In this document: piece after piece, positions 48,199-57,900 of the stretch
How the letters are laid out: each line of letters begins with the position of its first letter
How positions within the stretch are numbered: the first letter of the stretch is position 1
Assembly (NCBI GenBank): GCA_964342815.1
Contig: CAYFHS010000004.1
Location: forward strand, 17,238-81,237
Origin: an uncultured archaeon
GTDB taxonomy: Archaea; Thermoplasmatota; Penumbrarchaeia; JASLWR01
DNA length: 64,000 nt
Direction: 5' to 3'
Notes under the pieces: generated by a model
Told to the model about the DNA's origin: nothing
Database searches by the model: none
Seen by the model: only the letters and a program-made list of their open reading frames with translations
Made by a program: the position numbers and the translations under genes

Positions 48199-50118
48199 AT
48201 GACACCGCAAGGCCCAAGGAGAATTGCATTCTTCATTTTAATAGTCTTAATTCTCCTTCTTATTCCCTTGCAAGTCTCTCCAGCGTCATGGTCAACGGAG
48301 AATCCGGGAACTAGATCACCACGAACCATTATTGTCAATGCATCCGGTGGTGGAGATTATACTCATATACAGTGGGCGATAGATAATGCTAGTGATGGGG
48401 ATATTATTAATGTGCAAGAGGGAGTATTCAATGAAAATTTAGTTCTGAACAAATCAATCACTCTCCTAGGTAAAGGCCCAAACAAAACCATAATCAACGG
48501 GATTGGAAACTGGTATGCAATTTGTATTAAAACTAATGGGGTTGTTTTAAAAGGATTTAAAATCAACACTGATGAAGGAAATGGCGTTCGTATCTCGAAG
48601 GTTAGTAATTGTTATCTGAGTAATAATTTTTTATTTGCATATAATGGGCGGGGAATATCTATCGGGAGAAGTGACAATATCCAAATATTAAATAATTCTC
48701 TTACTTCTGACAATGAGAGTATATACATTAGTTATTCCAATAGTGTTCATATTATCAACAATACCTTGGAACCGAATAATAATGTGTCTATTTCAATTTA
48801 CAAATCAATTGGAACGATTATTGTTAACAATAAAATGATTGATGGCGGGATTTCCATTTGGGGTGATTTAATTACCCATTGGAATACTCATGAAATTGAG
48901 GTTTCAAACACTGTAAATGGAAAAATCATCTATTATTGGAAGAATGTTACCAATTCGATGGTACCCAGCGATTCAGGTCAGGTAATTCTTGTAAATTGTA
49001 CTGGAATTCTGGTAAATAATTTAGATTCACAATATGGAATCGATTTAATAGCATCGAGTAACAATGAAATTCGTAACAACGTTTGTACTGGAGGCCACGG
49101 AACTGGGATTTTGCTTTCTAAATCCAATAATAATAGTCTAATAAATAACACAAGTAATTACAATAACATTGGGATCAATATTCTCGAATCAAACGATAAT
49201 CAGATAATCTCAAACATATGCAATAGAAATATTTGGGGAATCGTTCTTTCGGATGGAATAGGCAATACCTTCTCTAAAAATATCTGTAATATCAATAAAG
49301 GCTTCGGAATTTCAATATCTCAATCTAACGATAATTTACTTGAAAAAAACAAATTTGGATGGAACTATTACGATGGAATCTCTTTAGGAGGTCGTTCTGA
49401 AGGTAATGTTATTTCAAATAATGTGTGTAATAATAATGGAAGAAATGGTATCTCGATCGGTTATTCTGAATCAACTAGGAATATGCATGTTGAAAGGAAT
49501 CAGGTAAAAAGTAATACATGTAATAATAATGGGGAATATGGAATTTATATAAATCGATATACTGAAGATATTGAATATTCAAATAATGATGCAAATTCTA
49601 ACGGAATTGGTGATATATATTATCCGTCCGATTCCAAAGACATTTCGACTTTTTTAGGACTATTAATTCTCCTTTTTTCCCTAATCATCATCATAATTGC
49701 GTTGATATTTCTTCTGATTTATATAATAAAGTCAAAAGGGAATAAAGATAAAAATAGTATATTCATGGAAGTTAAAACTGACATGACTCTAAAAGATATT
49801 GAGGACTTTCTTACAGCAAAATTCCCTGAAGAAAGGAAAAGTTATCGAAATAATAGAATATTTGTAGGAGGCAGGGGGAGGCCTGCTTTTTCGTTACTTG
49901 GTATTTATGATTATAAAACCTATCGTCTTGTTTCGGGATGGGAGAAAGGAAAGGATGTAGTTATGATTATTTTGATTTGGGCTCCATTATTTTTACTAAT
50001 ATTTCCTATGATTCTTTTCATAATTTGGATTATGTTGAAGCGTAAAACTATTAGAAAGATGCTGGTTGCAATAAAGGAAGAGGATGCTCGTATTAAAAGG
50101 GAGAAGATGTCATCTTAG
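48199..50118 (+). CDS. NosD/CASH beta-helix surface protein with C-terminal TMs (AT-rich)
   Basis: YTHIQWAIDNASDGD, NTVNGKIIYYW, GQVILVNC, GIxLxxSxNN repeats. Confidence 0.82.
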   Translation: MTPQGPRRIAFFILIVLILLLIPLQVSPASWSTENPGTRSPRTIIVNASGGGDYTHIQWAIDNASDGDIINVQEGVFNENLVLNKSITLLGKGPNKTIINGIGNWYAICIKTNGVVLKGFKINTDEGNGVRISKVSNCYLSNNFLFAYNGRGISIGRSDNIQILNNSLTSDNESIYISYSNSVHIINNTLEPNNNVSISIYKSIGTIIVNNKMIDGGISIWGDLITHWNTHEIEVSNTVNGKIIYYWKNVTNSMVPSDSGQVILVNCTGILVNNLDSQYGIDLIASSNNEIRNNVCTGGHGTGILLSKSNNNSLINNTSNYNNIGINILESNDNQIISNICNRNIWGIVLSDGIGNTFSKNICNINKGFGISISQSNDNLLEKNKFGWNYYDGISLGGRSEGNVISNNVCNNNGRNGISIGYSESTRNMHVERNQVKSNTCNNNGEYGIYINRYTEDIEYSNNDANSNGIGDIYYPSDSKDISTFLGLLILLFSLIIIIIALIFLLIYIIKSKGNKDKNSIFMEVKTDMTLKDIEDFLTAKFPEERKSYRNNRIFVGGRGRPAFSLLGIYDYKTYRLVSGWEKGKDVVMIILIWAPLFLLIFPMILFIIWIMLKRKTIRKMLVAIKEEDARIKREKMSS

Positions 50119-50313
50119 ATTACATTCACTCATTTAAATCAGTGAACCGATATTTTCAATCCTGCGAGGTCCAGCGGTAAGCCACCTGAAAATTTTAATT
50201 ATTTTTCCATGAAGCAGAGATACAATGGATTCCATTTGTGAAAAAGCGACTTGAGAGGAATAGAATCGTAATGTTTGTGGCAAGAGAGACTACATTAATC
50301 GATTGAGGGCTAC

Positions 50314-50418
50314 AGGGGGCACCTGCCCCTTGGTCGGCAGGATGCCGACCTTGAATGATATTTATTTTATTCTTTTTGTATCGTAGACGAGGCCTGCGTT
50401 TCTTACGTCGCGGGCCTC
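50314..50418. repeat. Cluster of three GC-rich hairpins (REP/MITE-like)
   Basis: AGGGGGC-ACCT-GCCCCTT (imperfect); GGTCGGC-AGGAT-GCCGACC (50332-50350); GAGGCCTGCG-N10-CGCGGGCCTC (50389-50418). Confidence 0.45.
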
Positions 50419-50589
50419 TTTTCCAGAATTATTCGATGGGGAATAAATGATGAATATCTGACCTGTAATACGCAAATCAAAATTCATAATGAAAAGAAAA
50501 ATAATTGATCTACGATATGTTGAATTTTCTCAGGTATCTTTGGATTCCACAGATAAAGTATAAATAAATGGAAAATCTTTGCTTATAAT

Positions 50590-51321
50590 ATGACGGAAAA
50601 GAGCTTGAATCCAAGCAGGAACGCCTTGATTATGCTCTCTATTACTATGGTCATATTAATCGGGATCCTTGGATATAATCTGATAGGAAACACCCGAGCA
50701 TATCTTCTGCTCCGTGACAAAAGTGATGATGACGTGGAGTACGACCAATGGGGAGAACCATTAGACAGCGATGTTACCGAAGCCAATGATATCCTTGACG
50801 ACACATGCATGTACAGTCTGCTTGCAGGTGTTGTCATCACCATCCTCGCATTGATATCCTTTACCCTGCTTTTCGGAGCCCGTTATAACTATGGAAAAAA
50901 ACACTCGTTTAAAATGATCGCAGCCCTCATCTTGGTAATTCTGACCCCGATAGTCATGGGAATGGATGAATATTATTATGAGATGATGACTCTGTCGGAA
51001 GTGCGAAACGGAGTTTTACCCGCAATATCCATTCTACTTTTTATCGCAGCGTTATATCTGTCGATTTCCGAGATAGGTGGTAAAAGATTTGGATTCATGG
51101 GTTTGCTTGTAGGAACTCTCGCGACCGTCCCACTATTTCCGGTAAAGTATGATCTTTATGATTTCTCATTTACCGATCTCGATGTAATATCAAGAAACGG
51201 TATGATTGCCGATATTGGATTGATAATCGCTATGATACTCTTTTTAATCGCCATCAAAAAGGCTTTGAGCTACACACAACAACTCTCAATGCCCCGAAAA
51301 AATGCCGGTGACGAAAAGTAA
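50590..51321 (+). CDS. Hypothetical multi-pass membrane protein
   Basis: About 6 TM; paralogous to the N-terminus of 51544..53937. Confidence 0.75.
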   Translation: MTEKSLNPSRNALIMLSITMVILIGILGYNLIGNTRAYLLLRDKSDDDVEYDQWGEPLDSDVTEANDILDDTCMYSLLAGVVITILALISFTLLFGARYNYGKKHSFKMIAALILVILTPIVMGMDEYYYEMMTLSEVRNGVLPAISILLFIAALYLSISEIGGKRFGFMGLLVGTLATVPLFPVKYDLYDFSFTDLDVISRNGMIADIGLIIAMILFLIAIKKALSYTQQLSMPRKNAGDEK

Positions 51322-51426
51322 AAAGAAAGCAAGAGGGAGAGTTGAAAAAATCCGAAAAGGAAATGAAGCGGCATCTGCGTTTCACGCGCCCGCTCTGCTA
51401 CGGTGTACCGTTCGGCACACCTGCGC

Positions 51427-51521
51427 CTGCGGGGGCATAACCCCGCAGACAATACCGCGCACATTGTCAAGCTGAAAACCCCGATGTGTCTGCGACAAAT
51501 CGGGCTTTTCACCATTGACAA
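51427..51521. repeat. Two long palindromic elements
   Basis: CTGCGGGG-GCATAA-CCCCGCAG (51427-51448) and a 58-nt imperfect hairpin TTGTCAA..TGAAAA.CCCGAT.TGTC/GACA.ATCGGG.TTTTCA..TTGACAA (51464-51521). Confidence 0.6.
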
Positions 51522-51543
51522 AATTATACTGGAAGGTGTGGAT

Positions 51544-53937
51544 ATGGTAGAGAAGACTCATAATAATACAAGAACCGGTCTGATACTTCTTGTTGTAATA
51601 ATCGGTATCATCATGGGCATTTTGGCTGCTGATTTTGCCATGCGGACGAAGGCTTACGAGAAGGTGCACGATAGGGACGAATGGCGTTATTCCTACAAGA
51701 CCGAGAATTATTTTTTTGATGATGAAATATACGAGCGTAATGAAGATGCCTATTTTATCGTCGCCGATCTTTGTGATCTGGCAATGACGGTATCTTTCCC
51801 TCTAATCTTATTTTTAATAGTGTCCATGACTCTCCTATTCTCTTCCAGGAAGGCATATGGTCCGAAACACGCCAAAAACATTGCATTTGCTCTGGCCTTT
51901 TTCATATTGGCTCCGCTAATGGTGATCGTTTTGGATTTTTCCTATGGAGGGGATACCATGGGTGATATAGTAGGATTGTTCCCCGCGTTGGGAATCGCCC
52001 TTTTCCTCATTTCTCTTTTCTTCGTTACCTACGAATTGACCGGAAGGCGATACTCGATAATCGGACTGCTGCTGGGAATCGTTGCCCTGATTCCACTGTC
52101 TCGTTTCAGTTATTTCGAGGATCTGGATTACGATGGAGCAAAGCTCAGATTGTACTGTATCTACTTCATGATCGCAGACGCGGGACTGTTCATCGCCCTT
52201 TCCCTTTATATCGCCTCCATCAAGAGAGCCTTGGATTTCACGAAGAAGCACCCGGCATCACCAGAGAAACCTCACATCCCTCCGGAGAAACCAAGACAAT
52301 CGTTATCAAAAAGGCTTAAAGGAATCTTCGGGAACAAGAAACTCACGACCGCGATAATAGTAGTGATCGTGATCTTGTCGGCGGTCGGTATCTACTGGTT
52401 CGTCATCAGGGTGCCGGATCTTGAGGAATTCCTGCAGGATTCATATTCGGAAGGGGAAACTGCAAGATTCAGCGACGAGGTCATGAAAATAAAGATAGTT
52501 GAAACCTCGTATGGTACGGCAACCCTCGTTTGGTTCAAGGATTATTATTATCCATTTTGCTTCATGGGTGATCATAGCGAAAAATACATGGTCGGGAAAA
52601 CAGTGGTCGTTGAGGTCGTTTTTCATGAGTACGATATCGATGGAATAAACGTAATACTACCCGAAGAGTTGTTACTTGGTTACCATCTATTTACCACCGA
52701 ATCCATAGATCAATTCTCCTCGCCCTACAACTACTTATCTCTCCGAGCCCAAAAGACAGGAAATGAAGCGAGGGGAATAAAGCTAAATGTATCCTTGGTT
52801 CAAAACGGTGAAAAGACCTTTTCCCTCAATCATTATGAGATGGCATTGAGTCAATTTAATCCACTTGATGAAAGTTACAAGGCAATCAAGGAATCCGCCG
52901 AGGATGGGTATTCTTTATGGTCCCTTGAAGACATCGAATCCGACACCTTGATATACGATTTTCATGAAATGAACGAAATGAGAGAGCATCTTTACTATGA
53001 GCTGTGGGGATATTGGAATTGCACTGACCAGAAATCGCATGATTCGTACCTCCCTGGCTCGTACGAATATAATGATTACGACAATGACGGGAATGTCAGT
53101 GACAATGATTCGATCTCAATAAACATCCAACCCACCGTTGATAGATATACTATCGATCACTACCTCTTTCGTATAGCAGGTATAACAATCGGAGATAAAT
53201 TTCTCATGAACTGGTACGATGGCCCGTTCTATTTGGTCAATGATGTAAATTATATTAAGGAAAGGATAGAGGAAACGAAAGACGAGAATAAATATTCCTA
53301 CAAGATCATTATCGACGACATCAGCATTCCAATTGAATTGAAAGAAATAGAAATCGCAATTTATTCGATTTTCGGATATATGCCATCTTTCAAAATCTTC
53401 GATGGTATGGAAATACATTATGATGGGAGTCTTATCCGATTCTCCGATACTAACAAGAACGGCCTTCTGGATAATGGCGATTATTTCAATCTCGAAAATC
53501 TCGATGGGGATATCCAATATTCGTTCAATATTCGTAAAGAATGGGTTATTTTAGATTTCACAACAATTCCAAGGTACGGAAGAATAATTGGAAATTATCC
53601 AATTCCAACCATCCAAGAACCGGAAAGAACGGATGGTAACATAACATTCAGTGTGGCTGGAATGGATGGTAAATACCCTAGGATAACGAGCCTTGGTTTT
53701 GAGATATACGCTTCAGGAAAGCGTATGCCGATATTAATCGAAAATGATGAAGAAGATCAATATTCATATCCCGGCATTGAAACGATTAACATAACCATTG
53801 TCGATACGGATAATAACACATACCTCGCGCCGGATGATGAGATAATTATTAAAGGATTGGAGCCAAACACTGAAATCGATTTAAAAATATGGTGGAACCG
53901 GGAATTAGTTATCTATAAATGGAACGGGACCATATAG
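51544..53937 (+). CDS. Membrane protein: about 7 TM plus large extracellular region with repeated DxDxNG-type Ca-binding-like motifs
   Basis: N-terminus paralogous to the 50590 ORF; DYDNDGNVSDND, DTNKNGLLDNGD, DTDNNTYLAPDD. Confidence 0.72.
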   Translation: MVEKTHNNTRTGLILLVVIIGIIMGILAADFAMRTKAYEKVHDRDEWRYSYKTENYFFDDEIYERNEDAYFIVADLCDLAMTVSFPLILFLIVSMTLLFSSRKAYGPKHAKNIAFALAFFILAPLMVIVLDFSYGGDTMGDIVGLFPALGIALFLISLFFVTYELTGRRYSIIGLLLGIVALIPLSRFSYFEDLDYDGAKLRLYCIYFMIADAGLFIALSLYIASIKRALDFTKKHPASPEKPHIPPEKPRQSLSKRLKGIFGNKKLTTAIIVVIVILSAVGIYWFVIRVPDLEEFLQDSYSEGETARFSDEVMKIKIVETSYGTATLVWFKDYYYPFCFMGDHSEKYMVGKTVVVEVVFHEYDIDGINVILPEELLLGYHLFTTESIDQFSSPYNYLSLRAQKTGNEARGIKLNVSLVQNGEKTFSLNHYEMALSQFNPLDESYKAIKESAEDGYSLWSLEDIESDTLIYDFHEMNEMREHLYYELWGYWNCTDQKSHDSYLPGSYEYNDYDNDGNVSDNDSISINIQPTVDRYTIDHYLFRIAGITIGDKFLMNWYDGPFYLVNDVNYIKERIEETKDENKYSYKIIIDDISIPIELKEIEIAIYSIFGYMPSFKIFDGMEIHYDGSLIRFSDTNKNGLLDNGDYFNLENLDGDIQYSFNIRKEWVILDFTTIPRYGRIIGNYPIPTIQEPERTDGNITFSVAGMDGKYPRITSLGFEIYASGKRMPILIENDEEDQYSYPGIETINITIVDTDNNTYLAPDDEIIIKGLEPNTEIDLKIWWNRELVIYKWNGTI

Positions 53938-54116
53938 ACAAGTCTCATCTTTCGGTCAAGAGCCGATTCCAGGGCCGCAATCACCCTTATGTTTCTAGCC
54001 AGTCCATTTCATTAATCATCCTCCGAAGAACGACTCTTCAAGCGACGATTGGTTGATTCCCTCCCCGTAATAGACAAAGCAAAATTCATAAAACAGGAAT
54101 CCGTTTGCTGCGGATA

Positions 54117-54914
54117 ATGGAGACCGCAACGAACGTAATCGAGGTGATACTGAACCGATCACCCTTCTACATCGTGACCGTTTTTCTGATCTGCATACTA
54201 CTCGGCATGTTTGCTGTTTCCAAGAAAATACTTGATCGAAGAGGGGCCATAGGCGCTAGCATCATTGGTGGCGTCATCGCCATTACCGCCGATTTTGTCT
54301 GGTTGATCCTGCTTATCCTGTTTCTGGCCCTGAACCATTTCGTGACAATTACCAAATACAGTTACAAGGAGCAAATGGGACTGGCCGAGGGGAAACGGGG
54401 GATGAGAAGCCTTGACAACGTTCTCGCAAACGGGCTTATCCCCAGCGTCATAGCCTTCTCTGCCGTTTATCTCGAAGAGGGTGTTGCTCCCGTTCTGTAT
54501 CTCACGGCCATATGTGCCGTTTCCGCCGATACCTTTGCAAGCGAGATCGGAGTTCTGTCGAACAAAGTGTACCTGATAACCACCTTCAAAAAGGTCAAGC
54601 CGGGAGTGGACGGGGGTGTCTCGGGACTTGGGGAAATGTCATCCATGGTGGGTTCCGTCATATGCGCCTTTTTCGGTTTTTTCATGATCGGCCATCTTTC
54701 GTCGTATTTCTCGTCGTCCTTTCTGTCCTTCCCCCTCACGCCACTCTATCTGTTCCTTCCCTTTGCTGCCGGGGTATTGTCGTGCCAGCTTGACTCCATA
54801 CTTGGGGCTACGCTGCAGCGCTGGGGATACCTCAGCAACAGCGGAGTGAACTTTCTTTCGGTAATAACCACCACCATGGGCGTCTGGGCGCTTTTCGTTT
54901 TCGATATAGTGTGA
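54117..54914 (+). CDS. DUF92 (TMEM19/VTE6-like) membrane protein
   Basis: R...NVLANG, SADTFASEIG, GVDGGVSGLG, DSILGATLQ, LSNSGVNF. Confidence 0.9.
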   Translation: METATNVIEVILNRSPFYIVTVFLICILLGMFAVSKKILDRRGAIGASIIGGVIAITADFVWLILLILFLALNHFVTITKYSYKEQMGLAEGKRGMRSLDNVLANGLIPSVIAFSAVYLEEGVAPVLYLTAICAVSADTFASEIGVLSNKVYLITTFKKVKPGVDGGVSGLGEMSSMVGSVICAFFGFFMIGHLSSYFSSSFLSFPLTPLYLFLPFAAGVLSCQLDSILGATLQRWGYLSNSGVNFLSVITTTMGVWALFVFDIV

Positions 54915-54920
54915 CCGGGA

Positions 54921-57900
54921 CTATTCATTCTCGGGTGGAGGGGGATTCAGGGGTTCGGTGACAGTTTCTCTGCTTTGTTCCGTTCCGCTATCCGGGGGCA
55001 TTGTGACCGTAATGTCGGAAAACGTCCTTTCCCCACTGGGCGGCCCATCTGTGGGGACGGATTCGTCCTTCTTGTTTATCGTTTCGATAAGGGATTTCAG
55101 CTTTGAGATCACTTCCTCTTTTCCGAGAAGCGCATCGTCAGCATCAGCTCCCTTCATAGAATCGGTTTCAGATAATACCGGCGAATCCATTGGTGGTACC
55201 GGATCCAATGTGACGTTTATACCGCCAAAATTTTTCTTTTCTTCCTCTGGGGGAATTATCCTGGGAGGAGGCGGTATTTTTTGGAGCTGGCCTTCCTCCG
55301 CTGAAGTGCCGCCCGTAGGTATATTTTTAAACTGGAATATTTCATCTAGACTCCCTTCAGGGAAAGGACCCTGATCCAGGGGTTCGGAAACTGCGTTGGG
55401 ATCCGTCATTTCGTGAGTGGCCGTACCATCACCGGTGTACATTGGCAGGGCTGGCCTATCGAGAACACGGCCGTAGGGATACATGGTGGCTGGAGCCATT
55501 GAAGTTCCGGCCTGGATTGATGGATCAACGGGAACGAATCCATCGGGTACTCCCGGCGGCACAGTTGCCAGCGGGGCAGTTGCCGGTTGCACCGCTGCCG
55601 GTGGAAAAGATGGCGGCCTGGGCGGCGAAGGCGGGGGCATCAATGTGGTTGGACCCACATATCTGACAACCTTTATTCTGGACTTGTGTTTATTTCTACG
55701 CCTTATAAATATCACGACCAAAAGCAGAAGCAGTATCAGCATGGCCGCTACGATAAAGATGAACCAGGGCGGCATTCCCATAATTGTGTCACTTTTTACG
55801 GTGTACCCTTCATCCAATATTTCATTATCTTTCTTTACTACACCGTCATCTGTCTCATCGTCGTCTTCATCCTCTACGATTACCGGGATCCCGGTCATTT
55901 CCAGTACCAATCTCGTAAGGTTCTCGTGTGTGATATTGAAAATTGTAGAATTATCGGTATAGTTTTCAATGGACGCCGATATTAAATATTTGCCTCCGTA
56001 AAGCTGGAATATCATTGGTTCGTCATTTGTCGTTCCGTTCCAGGTCCACCCGCGCAGGTCTCTTAATTCCACGAGAACCCCCTCGAGCATCATGCCGCTA
56101 TCAGAATCCGCAACGATGAGCATCAATGTTCCCTTCGGCCTCCCGGTGGTAATATTCAGTCTCATGCCGGCGGGTGAAGTGTTGTTGGCCTCGTCGAAAG
56201 CAATTACGTAAAAGGTAAAATTCATCTCGAAATCCAATTCCTCAATAAATGTGGAATTGGTATGATTGTCATACTCGCCCACAAGTTTATAATTCCCATC
56301 GTTTCCCTGTTTTCCCATGTATAATCGATAGCCCAATGTATCCCCGGATTCGCTTTTGTTCCACCATATGGTCACGTTATTTGCTCCGGGAGTATTATTA
56401 AAGAGCGAACTCGGAGATTCCGGTGGGATATTATCCCTGTGGATCACGTCTCTTATGGTGCTGGGGTCTGATTCGAAGCCGGCCCGGTCCACTGCTATGA
56501 TATTGACGTGATAGCTTTCGTTGTGTATAAGCTCGTAATCCGTTGCATTGAGTATTATTTTATGTACGTCCCCGGGAATCTCTATCATTCTGGGGGTTCC
56601 GTCTCGGTCACCCCACAAGAACAACTTGAATAGAGAAATCTCGTCTTGAAACTCATTGCTCTCGTTCCAGCTCACTTGCAGTGCATCCTTCCCTGCTATA
56701 GGATATAACTCTGTAATTTCCACACCCGGGGGTCTTCGTATATCCGAGGTAACGAGATAGATAAGAGAGTTATTATCAAAATAGTGGACGGTGGCATTGT
56801 CCCATTCCTGCTCCCCCCTGAAATAGGCATATACTTCCACGGGTTCTAGGGCTCCGGGCGAATTATTTCCCGTAAATTTCCGCGACAGGAACCATACCGG
56901 TGGGATATGACCCCAAATATCCGTTTTCGGGTCATTCCCATTATACATTATGGTGTTGTAAATGTCCTTTGAATCCGATCGTATCAATATGTCCGCTCCC
57001 ATGACCGGTGTGGAATTGTCCGAATATCTTACAATTAAGGACAGCTCCCAATATTCACTCAGGACTGCCCCACCGTCGGATTCCACATCCAGCGAGTCGT
57101 AGGTGGAATTGTACATGTCCAAGGCTGAGCTTCCACGGCCTACAACGGCTGTTTTTCCGGTTGAAGCGGAAAAACGGGAATCAAAGGCCGAGATGCTGGA
57201 ACCGTTGATCCGGAGATTGCCCGGACGATCCGCATCACAGCTTATAACTGTATTTTCCACAGACAGCTCCTGACTCCGGATCACCTTCAATCCGTACCTG
57301 GTGCGGTTCAACCGGCAATGGGAGATGACTGTCCCTGAGGAATACGCCACAAGTATACCATCGTTACCCGAAAGATCGGAATTTTCGATGATACAATCCA
57401 CAGTGTCAGCAAGTATTAACATTCCCGCTTCGGGGTGTGTGAACCTCTGACCGCTCACCGATGTATAGTAATAAACGGGATTTCCGTTGGTGCTGCAGCT
57501 GGTTCCCACGGAATGTATGAAATTTTCTTTATCTTTCCCCGTGAAATCGAAACCCAATTCTGCGGAATTCACCTTCACTTCCGACAGCTGCGCATTGACG
57601 CACCCGTCCAGGGCCACTCCACGGTCCAGATTGCCCGACAGGCTGCAATTGATCAATATGATATCGGTGGAATTCACAAGCTGCAATCCGTCACCACCAC
57701 CGGAAAACATATCGACTGATGAAATTTTGATATTTTGGGAGTTCCGGATCTGGCACAGCCCGTCGCCACCGGTGATGTTAACATTTTCCAACTCGATCCC
57801 GTCCGTCCCGGTAATGGTAACTGTCCCTTTGGACGCAAAGAGGTCTCCGGAGATTCTTGAATCAATGATGCGAACCCCGGTGGAATTCTCAACGCGGATC

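Noticed and set aside
50205-50310. Short protein-like fragment EAEIQWIPFVKKRLERNRIVMFVARETTLID as a transposase remnant
   Set aside because: No start codon and no recognisable transposase motif; cannot be supported.
51464-51521. Integron attC site
   Set aside because: Lacks the RYYYAAC/GTTRRRY core, and there is no intI in the window; kept only as an unexplained hairpin.
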